A stretch of 64,000 nucleotides of DNA from Octopus sinensis (Eukaryota). Shown here one piece after another: positions 39,888-53,058 of the stretch (position 1 is the stretch's first letter; the number at the start of each line of letters is the position of its first letter). The notes below the pieces were generated by a model. That model did no database searches. It had not been told where the DNA came from and worked only from the letters and a program-made list of their open reading frames with translations. A program made the position numbers and the translations under genes. Location of the stretch: positions 36,146,001 through 36,210,000 of the forward strand of contig NC_042997.1 in assembly GCF_006345805.1 (NCBI RefSeq), given 5' to 3'.

Positions 39888-41879
39888 CTTTTACCTCAGT
39901 AGCAAAATCTTTGTCGTCCATTGTAATCAGACAAGCCTAAAATCTTTCAAACATATTCCCAAGGTTGTCCGCAAAATGAACCGTTGCAATAACACTACAA
40001 TTTCTAATACTATTTGTTCCTCAGTGCAATTTTTAGCAAGTTAGATATTGTGTTGAGTTTATTAAACATGTTAGCACTGAATTCATTATATATTTGAGTA
40101 GGGTTATCTAAATGCATCAACCCTACTCATGGTGCACCGTTGCTACGTTGGTGTAATATATGTACCCACTTCATGTCATTCTCATTTACGTTCGCTGCAT
40201 AAATGACATTCCTTATAATATATAATTCATTAGGAAGATGAGATTCCAAGTATTGATCGGAACATGCGAGATACTACACAAAGATCTTTGAGATGTTAAT
40301 CCAACATATTATCCGCCAAACGTAGCTGATGTGACCAGAGATACATTAATGTCTGCATATCTTCGTTGAGCCAGAAATCATTTCATAGAGAGCGTATAGT
40401 AAAACAATTCAACACTAAAATTATTCTTCCCTAATTGGTAGTTATAATATATCGCCCAAATTGGTTACTGAACCACAAGACCAGTCCGAAAACTTATTGA
40501 TTAGCATCACAATAAAATTGAAGAATAGCTATAGAATATATTTTGTTTGATTTTATAAGCTGCATTGATGAAACTGTTATCAGTCTTAGGTGAAATGTAA
40601 CGAGACTCAGCAATCCGATGTACCACTTAACATAACCATCTTAAATAATGATATTTGATGTTTTTTCTATATCAGTACATCATTCAAAATAACAATACAT
40701 ATTTTCATAACCGAATATCCGATATTATTAAATGTGTTAATGAAATCTGCATTTGCTTGACATTTTTGCAATTTATTTAACGGTGAAATTCCTGTTTTAA
40801 TATGCCACCGAACATAAACAATATTACACTCTCATACAGACACACATATATGTCCTCGAAACATGGATTCACAAACAGAATAACTTGTTATCCTTTCAGA
40901 ATCGTCTCCTTTTATATTTTTTATCATACTAAAGATGTGTTACGTGCATGTAACAGAAGTAAATAATTATATTCCAATAGGAATATGGTTGGATTTCAGT
41001 TTCCTGGTCTTTCTATTATCTGATTAGCAACTATATAGCAAGCTGGCCCAATGCATTCCCACCCGAGATTAATAAGTATTATCTAGTTTGATTAGGTGTA
41101 ATGTAAAACAAATATACATACTAGCTTTAATAGACAAGATGAACTATATTGACATTTACAGTACTCAGTAGTAAATGTGTATTTTAAATATTCCATATAT
41201 AATGCTTCTCGAAGACAACAATGACATTAGAAATATATTCATGTAATTATCTGTGGTTGGTTTCAGAAGTATCTAATAACATAAAAGTTTTAACGTTTAA
41301 TTAAGCTCAGCGTCTGACGAAGAAAAGGCAAATAGATAAAGTGACACGTCATTGGTTGGTAAAAAATATTTGACATCGAATTAACGATAATTTTTTCTTC
41401 TGGTATCGATGTTTAATGCATGAAAGATAACAACGTATGCATTTTATATTTGTGTGTTTGTGTGTTTGTGCACTGTGTGCGTAATCATCATTTTATTATT
41501 AAAACAGCAGTTTATTTTTTCCTTGTAAAATATTCTTTTTATCTCAACGTATTTTCTCTTTAAGCTATCCCATGCACCGCTCTTTTGCATTTTTTGAGAC
41601 CTACTTTGGTTGGTCAGTTGATATGTTTTATTGTCTGACTAAATTTAACTTGACCACGGGTGACGTTTGATTTCGGCTGACTGACTTTAACCGTTTCCTC
41701 TCCCATTCCCTTTTCTCTTTCTCTTATTCTGTAAGTGTTCCATTCATTTGATGTTGTAGATGCCTTTACTTTGGTTTTTAGATTTCATTTTACTTCCTCT
41801 GTCGCTTCAACTAATTGTATTTGCTCGCACTACTACGTATATGAACCGCATTTGACAATATTATACGACTAGGGGTGGT

Positions 41880-42238
41880 TACATATCCATAAAGTTTTCA
41901 CATTTCGCCTCCAAATTATATATGAAGTTGGAAGTTGTCCATCAGCCACCAAACTCTCCTGATCTTGACCCCACTGACTACCACATCTTCCAGAATTTGG
42001 ATAACTTTTTGATAGGAAAAATTTTAATTCGGAGGATGCTGCAAAACAGGCCTTCCAAGATTTTATTGACTAGATTGTCAAGCCTTTACTGTTCAGAGCT
42101 GGACAAGCTACCGCTGATATGGTATAGGTGTATTGACAATGCGGGTGCATACTTTGATAAATAAAATAATTCATTGTATTTATGAAACATTAGTAATTTT
42201 TTTCTTTTCTACAAAATTTCATACTTGACGACCTAATA
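41880..42238 (+). mobile_element. Mariner transposase C-terminus and right terminal repeat
   Basis: EVVHQPPNSPDLDPTDYHIFQNLDNFL...LPLIWYRCIDNAGAYFDK*; ends ...tacttgacgacctaata. Confidence 0.85.
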
Positions 42239-42243
42239 TCTAC

Positions 42244-42324
<81 letters not shown>

Positions 42325-42325
42325 A

Positions 42326-42385
<60 letters not shown>
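42239..42385. repeat. (TATC)n tetranucleotide array followed by (TA)n
   Basis: Directly visible. Confidence 0.97.
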
Positions 42386-42413
<28 letters not shown>

Positions 42414-43125
42414 TATATATATATGTATGTATATATATATACACACATACATACATATACTCACACAAACAAAGACACACACACGCACAACAACATGAAC
42501 GCGCACACACATACGCTCACACACATATATATGATCGTGTAATTAGGTATGAAAATACCAGTGCGTGGCTAATTGTTAGGGATGTTATTGTAAAACATAA
42601 TTGATTAGTAGTTACACTTACAATAGATACAGTGCTGAAACCCTGGCACTGTCACCTATACACGGATTTCGAAACAAACAACCTGTCAAATGGTATTTGT
42701 TATCTCTAAAAAGATATTATGGACATATTTTTTTTATTAATATAAAATTTAATTATGCAGATTTCAAGAGTAAACAATAGCTGATATTGATATAAAGATG
42801 GGAATTCGAACAATAGCTAAGATATCCATTATCTTGGCACTTGACAATCGTAGGAGAAATAGATAAATGTATACTCGAAGTGGAATAATCCCTCAAATGT
42901 AGAGAACAAAACGTAATCAATGAAGCTAAAATAATGCAAAGTTCATGTCAGATACTCGTTGACGATTTCATGCAACTTCAAAAACGCACACGTACGCGGA
43001 GTCAGCCAAGCATACGCGTACGTATACGCTTACGTGTGCATATATATGTATATATGTGTGTGTGTGTGTGTGAGTGGGTGCATATATACACACAGACATA
43101 TATATATCTACATATATATATATGT

Positions 43126-43159
<34 letters not shown>

Positions 43160-43160
<1 letters not shown>

Positions 43161-43365
43161 TAAACAGTAAAATTAAATGCAGACATGGACAAGAACATGA
43201 AACACCACAGAGACGACACAAGAACCACAGGACGGGACATTCGAAGCCCTCAGTCATCAGTCAAGAACCAGATCATCTTAGCAATTTCGGCTGATTAATC
43301 TTGAGATTGCTCCGATATGGCCAGCCCAAAGCTTCGAATGTATACAACGAAAGGACGGAAAACGA
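43160..43365 (-). mobile_element. Short microsatellite-embedded repeat (family D), possibly Penelope-like
   Basis: ggacaagaac...ggacggg..attcgaagcc...tcagtcaagaacc is shared with 60178-60267. Confidence 0.55.
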
Positions 43366-43454
43366 TCGAAGTACACAAACATATATATACACACACACAT
43401 ATATATATATATATAGAGAGAGAGAGACAGAGAGAGATAGAGAGCAGTTGTATA

Positions 43455-43745
43455 CTGTCAACTTAACGTGACATCTTCATAAAGGGAATCACACCACCGC
43501 TATTAGCCCTAGGAAGCATCAACGCTTCCTGTTGGCTTTGATACATTTCCTGTGTCCTAATGTTTACAAAGGGGAGACAGGCACCTCCAAAAGCTAGGCC
43601 TGGGTGCTTGGGGGTGCTTGCTCCCCTTCGTAAATATATAAGGACACAGGAAATGTGTCAAAGCCAACATGAAGCGTTGATGCTTCCTAGGGCTAAATAG
43701 CGGTGGTGTGATTCCCTTTATGAGGATGTCACGTTAAGTTGACAG
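43455..43745. mobile_element. Fold-back MITE (291 bp) with TA target-site duplication
   Basis: ta|ctgtcaacttaacgtgacatc ... gatgtcacgttaagttgacag|ta; the arms pair over essentially the whole length. Confidence 0.9.
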
Positions 43746-44142
43746 TATTCTATTGTTCTATCGTTCCACCACTGCTTATATCTCTCTGAGATATTTAGAA
43801 ATTTAATATTTCTACTTTATATATATATACATAGATACATACATACATACACACACACACACACGCACACACACACAGACACACACATATATATATGCAT
43901 ATATATATTTATATACTGACTGCATAGTCCAACTGGTTGGATGGCGTAATCGGTAACACACTTAGTCGCGTTAACAAAGGGATGTGTGTTCGAGTCCCAC
44001 GCGTACGGGAAAGACTATTTCCGTAGTCATTTGCACATTGATTGCTTTAAGCTTATGAAAAAATACCGTTATTATTATTATTATTACTATTATCATTTAC
44101 AAATTGTAAAACTCATCACCACTTAAAACCATTCGCACCGAA

Positions 44143-44184
<42 letters not shown>

Positions 44185-45039
44185 CTAGTTATACATCTAT
44201 ATTTAGCATATGCTTCTAGCTTTACCTTTTCACAGAACTCAAAAGGTTTAATATCCCTATAGAGCTACTTTCTAAAATCTGTGTAAGTGTTCGACATTTT
44301 GCCAAAATCAATTCATCGAAAAAATAGTAGAATTATCTACATCTGAGAAAATATTCATAGGAGACGTTTTGAGGTTAATAAGATTGTTCCTATTTCTAGA
44401 CAATTTTCTCTATTTGAAGATTATTATTGTTATTATCATTAGTGTTCCTGATTGCCAAAATTATTAGATTTCGCTTAAGGCTTTTTTTTTTCTTATCTCA
44501 TCTGAAATTTCTTTTCGTAGTTGAAATCCCGACGTGGTCCTGTATGTATAGCTGCTTGACCAACTAGAAAAAAGTGGGAAGTGCGTGATATACGTACAAA
44601 ATCAGATATTTCATACTGATGATATTGAAATGATGTTTGACACTGCCGTTAAATAAAACTTTTTTCTAGTTAGTCTATGCAGTCAGTAGATGTTCTACTT
44701 CAGTGATATATAGAAATCTTCTGGTGGGTAGCAGCGATGACATTTCCAAAGAAACTCTAGGCGTTGACAAATACGATATAATTGGTGTATTTCGTAGGAC
44801 GTTCCGGCTCTTGACTACCTTGGATAATTTCGGAAATCTCTGGCCTGATACTGTTACTATGGAGCACTGCCTGCTGGAGATAAACTCTACAGGCATGAAA
44901 ATGACGCGTAGTGGGACCGCACCAGATGCGCGCAGTCACGTACACATGCCGAGGTTGAATATTGCTGACTTGTAGATTTATGTTGAATAACTGTTGTCAT
45001 GTGTAGAACCTCATCGATGAGGTTCGCTCTACAACTTCC

Positions 45040-45500
45040 CCTTTCACAACTCAGGCTAAATGCCTTGTAATTGTAGCAAAAGAAATCGTGAAGTGGATGA
45101 GTCCGAAAAACACTTTCCCACTCTGTCTAGCCACCGTCCTCATAATCTATTTAATTCCATTTCAAAAAAGGGACTGATGAGGGGAAGATTATTTCACTCA
45201 GTGAATTTGTCTAAAGGTTGATAAATATATGAAAAAATGTTAGAATTAAAGGGCCTTCTCTAAGCATAAACATGGAAATTTAGATAGAAACTTCTGATCC
45301 CAGGCTTGTACTTTTGATAGTGATACTTATCCTGGATCGTCTCATCATGGTCATGGACTTGTGAACCACTTGTACTTTGAACTTCAAACGCTTAAGATCG
45401 TTCTTTACTCATTCCATGCGAGAATGTTGGGGATGACAATAATGATGTTCGACGCGTGGCGTACTTCTCTTTGTCTGTAACTTCTTACCACTCCGCACTA
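45040..45500 (-). mobile_element. Degenerate Tc1/mariner-superfamily transposase remnant
   Basis: Minus pieces NDLKRLKFKVQVVH (cf. LKxKPYKVQxVHEL) and decayed similarity to the WPPRSPDL-LDFF region. Confidence 0.4.
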
Positions 45501-46489
45501 TTTACTGGCAGTAGTATACGATTACATGTCTGTAAAAAATGTGTTCTTAGTCCCAAAGAGTGGAGAAACTAATTGCCAAATACATCTATGCCTTCTAAAT
45601 CAGTTTCAGGAAATGTTACACATGAAACAAAAAAAAAAAAAAGAATTAGGGACTTTTGAACATATAAAGAAACTAATATACTTAAAGATGATTCAAAGCT
45701 GTGCGTTACAGACGCCATAACAACAGAAATGAGGAGTAGGAAGATGAGGCCCGTGAGGGGAATGAGGTAGATGAGGATGAAGATGAAAATGATGTTGTTA
45801 TTACTGTTATTGTTGTTGGTGTCATCATCATCATCAACATCATCATTATCATTATCATCATCATTATCACAACCATCATTATTATTCCTTTCTAATGCCA
45901 ATATCATTCATTAATTTCCTGTATTGCTGAGGAAGTGAAAAATGCATATCCTTTTATACATCCTCTATTTTAGTATAATCTTTGCTGACTTTAATTATTT
46001 TTTTATTGACCAATTGGCAAAAGTTGATATTGTCAAATTCATTATTCTATTTTAAGAAAAACAATAATATAGCAACTAAAGACTTAGAAAAAATAACTAG
46101 AAATATGTAGGTATGATATTAAAAACTGAAGAAATAATTAATGATGAAAAACAGTGCCTCACGCATACACCAGCATCCGCTCGCGTGATAACAACACTCA
46201 CACACGCACCTAACAAATCTCTTATCCTACATTTACTTTTTGCTAAGTTCTAGATTGCTAACAGCTAGTTTAATAGTGATATCTTTGAATATTTACTTTT
46301 ACATTCGGCCTCATCGACTTGTTTAATATATGATAGGTCATGTGGCTGAATACTGGAAACGTGAACAGCAAAGAACTAGATTTTTTCAAAGAACTAGATT
46401 TCTAAACAGTTCTTAAATGCTCTACACATACTGTGAATATAGTGATAATTCAGACTGGAATCCAGGTCAAGGTAGTCCAGCACAATTTA

Positions 46490-46680
46490 GACTCAGGCAT
46501 GGCTGCGTGGTTAAGAATCCCGCTATGGAACCATTTGCTTTCCGATTCAGTTACACTGCAAGGCACCTAGGACATGTGTCTTCTGCTGTAGCTCAGGGCT
46601 TACGAATGCCTTGTGAAAGGAAACCCTACGTAAGCCTGTCGTAAGCACCCCCCCACAAACATACATACATACATACATTC

Positions 46681-46711
<31 letters not shown>

Positions 46712-46756
46712 TGCATACATACGTACATACATACATACATATATATATATATATAC

Positions 46757-46796
<40 letters not shown>

Positions 46797-47060
46797 ACGG
46801 CAGTGTGCGTGTGCATATGCGTGGCGCGTGTTTGTGTGTGTCTCAATAACTCTGACTCTGTGTGTCTGTCCTCGCACTCCGTGGCTTGACAGTGATTGTT
46901 GCTTTGTTTACAACATCATAATTAGACGGATCGACAAAAGCGATCCATAGAATAAGTGCCAAACTTTAAAAATATGTACACTTTTCCACCTATTTGTCTA
47001 AGACACTACAAAACAGAACCCTGGCATAGGGGTAGTCCGATGATAATATACGATTACAGT
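46490..47060 (+). mobile_element. SINE family A, degenerate, with expanded internal microsatellite
   Basis: ggcatggctgcgtggttaag...gcaaggcacctaggacatgtgtcttctgctgtagc; after the microsatellite, gcttgacagtgattg...gatccatagaataagtgcc. Confidence 0.65.
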
Positions 47061-47509
47061 GTTGTTAAAATTCGTAGAGAATTAATGGTCTGTAGCAAAA
47101 ATAAAATCCACAATGATGAAAGTCTCAAAGGATTGCGAATGTTATGACGATCGGATAGTAAACCAATGAAGACACTATAGTTGGAAATATTGATATGTTA
47201 CAGAGGTACATGGCTACTAATTTAGGCACGGGACTTTTCGGTTATATCACATTTAGTATTTGTATGATTCGTAATTTGTGTATTTCGTGTATTGACAATT
47301 TTGATGAAAATTTTAAAAGCAATTTCATTTCCAAAATATGAGTTTGATAGACTGAAATTTTGTAACCATATTTCAACATTACTATACACAAACGGAAATA
47401 ATATGAAACTTGTAAAATGAAAAAAAAATGAAAACGGAAAACAAAGAGCCGCACATTCGTATGGTGGTAGAATATTATTTCGATGAATTATGCACGTTTC
47501 AAAATTAGC

Positions 47510-47625
47510 ATCATGATGATGATGATGATGATGATGAGGGGGAGGAGGAGGAGGGTGACGATCAGGATGATGATGATGATGATGATGATGATAATGATAA
47601 TCATCATCATCATCATCATCGTATC
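47510..47625. repeat. (GAT)n/(GAG)n/(CAT)n trinucleotide array
   Basis: Directly visible. Confidence 0.95.
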
Positions 47626-47780
47626 GTCAGCATCACCATCATTGATGTATTTCTCATTTTCTAACTATCTAATATCAAGCTTGACTTTTTCGAAAGTTCT
47701 CTCCATGAAGTCCGAGACTACTTCACACATGGAGAACTTTGTATACATACATAAATACACACTCTCTCTCTCTCTCTCTC

Positions 47781-47833
<53 letters not shown>

Positions 47834-48297
47834 GATGCACACATATATACATATAGCATAATGCAATATACGTGCATACGCCTACATAAATAGCATAAAT
47901 CAAATCATATTGGAAGACCTAGCATCATGCAGAAACTTAAAAATAGTATATAATTATAAGAATGTTAGCTGGCTGTTCAATCCTAATACAGTAACATGAT
48001 AGCACAATAAATTGGGAATCGTCAATAGCAAATATCGGTTGAATATGTCGACCGCAGCTCTACGCTACAAATAATACAAGGAAATCAGATCACCACGCTT
48101 ACATATTTCTCCGAACAGAACATTCTTATCACGAGACCACATAAGAAATCGTTTTACCATAATGGCGATAAAAGTTGATCTACCCAGATTGCCATTGATT
48201 ACACGTCACTTAATAAAATCAGTGACAATGAAGAACTGAATTAATTACATCTAGGATGCTCTTCCCCATAAAAGTGTGCGACCTTATGCTTATGTTA

Positions 48298-48342
48298 CAC
48301 ATCATCATCATCATCATCATCATCATCAATAAAATTGATATA

Positions 48343-48380
<38 letters not shown>

Positions 48381-48670
48381 GATTATTATTATGATTATTA
48401 TTAATAATATTATTAATAATATAACTACTACAACTACTACTACTACTACTACTGCTGCTGCTGCTGTTACTACTACTACAACTACTACTACTACTATTAC
48501 TGCTGCTGCTGTTACTACTACTACCACTACTACTACTACTACTACTATTACTACTACTACTACCAACATCACAACTACTACTACTACCAACACTACTACT
48601 ACTACCAACACTACTACTACTACTACTACTACAACTACTACTACTACTACTACTACTAGTACTACTACTG
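48298..48670. repeat. Compound (CAT)n-(ATT)n-(ACT)n/(GCT)n array
   Basis: Directly visible; source of the poly-I/T/V/S ORFs. Confidence 0.95.
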
Positions 48671-49154
48671 AAGCATATAAAATAACGTAATGTGCGTTTA
48701 TGATATGCATAGTATGTATTATTAAAGATCAAAGTCATTAGCTGTACATATATGAGAGTTCAGAGAATTTCCGTCACAACTGCATTTTTTCTTCCACAGC
48801 AGTATTTCATTCGGATACAAAGGAATAGAATATGAGGAACAATGTCGTAAATGTAGGATGAAAGACTTTGATATTTAGTAATGATTTCTAACATTAGCGC
48901 AAGCCATGCATTTATGAGAGAGGGATATAATCGATTGAATCGACTACATATAAATCCACTTCTGATTTTATCGAACCGAGGCATGAAAGACAAACTGACC
49001 ACAGCGGGATTTGCACTCAGACCTTAAAATGTTTTAACTAAATACTGCAGAGACATTCCTCAATCCCGCGCAATAGCATTTCAGCCAATTTACTCCTCTT
49101 TTGATTAAACAATACCAATAGTATTACAATATATCACCAGCAGCAGCAAAAATC

Positions 49155-49165
49155 ACTAGTAGTCA

Positions 49166-49221
<56 letters not shown>

Positions 49222-49505
49222 ATGGGATGGTGGTGGTAGTAGTAGTAGTAACAGTAGCAGCAGCATCAGCAGTAGTAGTAGTAGTAGTAATAGTAGTAGT
49301 GGTGGTGGTGGGGGTGGGGGTGGTAGTAGTTGTTGTAGTAGTAGTACTACTAGTAGTAGTAACAGTAGCAGCAGCAGCATCAGTAGTAGTAGTTGTAGTA
49401 GTAGTAGTAGTGGTGGTGGTGGTGGTGGTAGTGTTGGTGGTGGTGGTAGCAGCAGTAACATCAACGGCAACATCAATAGCCATAACAATAACGATCGTAG
49501 TAATA
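49155..49505. repeat. Compound (AGT)n/(GGT)n/(AGC)n array
   Basis: Directly visible; complementary in composition to 48420-48670. Confidence 0.95.
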
Positions 49506-49534
49506 TTTTCAACTATAGGCAAATGTCCTGAAAT

Positions 49535-49885
49535 GTGGGCGTAGGAAGATTGTAGATTATATCAAACCCCAGTGCTCGATCACTACTTATTTTATCGACC
49601 TCGAAAGGTGAGAGTCTAAGTGGACCTCAGCAGAGAATATTCAGCTAAGCATTTTACCCCGGCTTGCTGGCGATTCTGCTAGCTCGCTACCTTATTAACA
49701 ATCGTTTCTGATTTTGGCACAAGGTCAACAAATTCGCAGGCATGAATTTAACTGATGACTTCGACACCAGTACAGGATTCTATTGCAAAAGGAGGAAAGT
49801 AGAGTTCACCTAGGTGGGATTTGAACTCAGAACGTCAGGATCCAAAATATATACCTAAGGATTTTTAACAACGCTTTAACTGCTC
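49535..49885 (-). mobile_element. Two adjacent degenerate SINE family B copies
   Basis: ttttatcgacctcgaaagg...cgattctgctagctcgc, and gggatttgaactcagaacgt. Confidence 0.65.
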
Positions 49886-50879
49886 CCAATGACTTCTAAT
49901 AACGACAGTTTTTCACTAGCAACAATGGTCCGATATTTTGAGTAGAATATGAAAAGAAAAATACGAAAACAATATTCACAATTAGCAGTGGTGGATTTAC
50001 ATTTAGCAAAGATCTGAGATAGATATATACACACCATAGTAGTTAATAATAAACTTTATAGACTATACACAAGAATAAAATATGAATGAGAGAAACTACG
50101 AAGTGAAATCAAGCACTAGAATGATGAGTTAATCCATACACTTTATCTTCACACACCAACGTCAACTGCATTCACTTTTCGTAGATGCATAGTATGCATA
50201 ACCATATTAAGCCGTACTAGTTAGACCTTTTCCATACAACTTTCACCAGTATTCCCGGAGAGAACAATCTATGTTTATATAAAGGATAAAAAATGCAGAA
50301 CGCAAAAGAGAATACATAATTTTTCAATTAGACTGGTAATTTGCGAAGCTCAGGGTTACGTAATAATCGTAATGTTCATAATATGCTGATACAACAAGTA
50401 AACAGTCGCATGGGTATATTATGAGTTCGGTATCTTTCATCAAGAGAAATTTATCAAAGGCAGTTCACATTACAGTGCCAGAGATTTAAACGACTGAATA
50501 AGAACAAAGGGCATGTGAGTGGGAAGACTATATGCGACAGAAGAAGGAGGAACATTGTTAGAAACCAAGAAGTGAAAGTTAGGGAGATTTAGGAGAAATT
50601 ATGACATAGAGGGAATAAATAGAGGTAGAAAGATACGACAGATAGTGGAGGGGAGTGGTAAAGCTCAGGTCAGTGTGAAGAAAAGTAACGCCATGCGTGG
50701 TCAAGTGAATCTCACTAAGATGGCAATAAATCAGTTAAGGATGACAGCTGATTAACAGAGAGATAGGCAGCTATAAATTAAAACAGAAGGAGGAGGAATG
50801 TATGATGAGATACGGAGAATGGTACAAGTGGTACAAGGAGAATAGAGAAAGGAAATTCGTCAGTCAATCTTGTATGTCT

Positions 50880-52215
50880 AGTTCAGCGTTTATTGTTTTT
50901 TCTAAACAGGTTCAGGAGAATTTCCTAAGAGCTTTGTACTTGTAGCATACTGTCAGGTCTCTCTCAAGCGATTTCCCATTCAGCAGTTTCATAATAACCG
51001 TCAGTATCGTTTCACTGGTGATGTTATTTGGTTTGGAAGCGGCATTTACACAATATTCATTTTGTATGTCGTTTAACCAAGCTGAATCGCGATTCTGTTC
51101 TTTGTTTACATTCCAGAGAAACCGCCAGAACGACTCTTGGTCTTCCTGAGGAGGAATCTTTACTGGGTTATTGGAAGCACCTTTCGTACTGTGATATACA
51201 GCTTGCGGGTTTCGGACAGAATTCTTCGTTCATGTAGTTATTTACAATAACGAAGATTATTCCTTACCGTTCATAGATCGAATTTCAATGTGACAAGTTT
51301 GCCTGCTAGATCAACAGCATCGAAGTTTGAGAAAAAACAGGTGTGCAAGTATTCCGAGAAGGCATTTGTCTCATGTGACACAGAAGCAGGTTGGACTGGC
51401 TTAGCTAAACAGAAACTTGAAGGATAAGCAATAATAAGCAACGTATTGGGAGATATCACATACGCTAGAGAGCATTGGCAGGAAGAGTTACCTCTCCTGG
51501 ACCTACCATAAATATAATACATCCCACCTTGAAGGGTAAGTATTCGTTATTTAGGAACGGGAGATAGCTATTAAATACCTCATTATCAAGAGGAACAAAT
51601 GTACTACCAAACATCCACATTATGATGAAAAACTTGTCTGCTATGCTAGAGTGGAATATATTAGCTACATCACCTTCAGCTGTCCAATATTTCTACGAGA
51701 TACTAACTGCCTGAAAGCATGGTATAGTTGCAAAGACTGTTTACGAACACCCCTGCACAAAATATTGCCTTGACATATAAACCAAAGGCATATCTGAACC
51801 GGTAAGTATTCATACCTTTAAAAACAAGGAATACGTGTGCAACACCGTAATAAAACGGTCAATTCGGTACAAACATAACAGACCACAATTGCTTCTGTGA
51901 ACAGGGAACAAAAGTCATGCTCTGTTGTAGGGGTCAGTTGTCGAGGAGGTGTGAATGTTTAAACAAAAATCCAGGAAAATGAGAACATTTATGGGGAATT
52001 AATGTGGAACTTGCAGGTCTTATACCATGCCTATGAATTCTCATCTGTATTTATTATTCTAGATACATTAGGGTGTATACCAACAAATTTACCCAAAAAT
52101 CTAGAAATATTCTGTTTCAGGGAGGAAATGCTAAAGAAACTGACGTGAATTTTCCAAATCCAATCTATTAGTGGCGCAATGTATATTTGTAAGACATTCC
52201 AAAAATTCTCCATCA
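50880..52215 (+). mobile_element. RLE-clade (R4/Dong/NeSL-like) LINE 3' region: zinc knuckle and restriction-like endonuclease, decayed
   Basis: Across frames: TSHLEG..EREIAIKYLIIKR, CLLC..EYISYITFSCP, HGIVAKTVYEH, KHNRP..VNREQKSCSVVGVSC..ENIYGELMWNLQVLY, IILDTLGCIP..QSISGAMYICKTFQKF. The 5' boundary is uncertain. Confidence 0.75.
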
Positions 52216-53058
52216 CAGATTCTTATGTAAATGGATGTATACAGTTTGGTGTATATATCGTTAGTTCAAACAACACACCCACTCAACCACATATTACAAA
52301 CACTGAAAGAAAAACCAAGCATTCTCATACGTATATAGCATCTAATTTGACCATTAATATGTTAATGATCCATAATTCGACTAGCAGAGATATTTTAGCG
52401 CTGTAGTAAGTGCACACTGTTGACAGTTAAATCAAAATCCGTTTTAGTACTAATGAGATATCTTCAGAGATCTGAGACATCACGGCAAACACTATAATGA
52501 GCTCATTCCTTCTGCAGACAGGTGTTTTCTTCCATATTATATAAGTTTGCAAATTAAAGATACAAACATTCAATCATATATATTCATCTAGTTGGTATAT
52601 GTAATATAGGTAGATGAAAAAAATTTCCTCAATAAAGCGGCAACATTTCAGCAATATGAGAGTGAGTCTTTTACATAAGGAATTACATTTAATTACATAT
52701 ACATGTAAAAACTATCTAAAATTTTGGTACATTGCTAACGTTGATTTACAGAGTGGGGACTAGTTAACTGTATCGGCTCTTGTACATGACTGGCATTTTT
52801 TTATCGACCCTGTAAAGATGAAGTGCATGGCTAACCTCAGCAGAATATTTACACAAGTACTATTACGCATTATAGGTAATCTATAAAGATAAAGCGTTTA
52901 CATACGCGATGAAAGATGATAATTTTACATCGAAAAGTTCTAATCAGATATTTCGTAGAATTGATTTGAATAAAAAATGAATAAATGCATCCTAGTCATT
53001 TCCAAGTAGAACTTACTGCTTTCATACAATTGAGAGATATTCGCAAAAAAATACTTAA

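Noticed and set aside
51530-51810. Two perfect plus-strand GTAAGT donors
   Set aside because: Both fall inside recognisable RLE-LINE coding relics (TSHLEG.., EP.SIH..).
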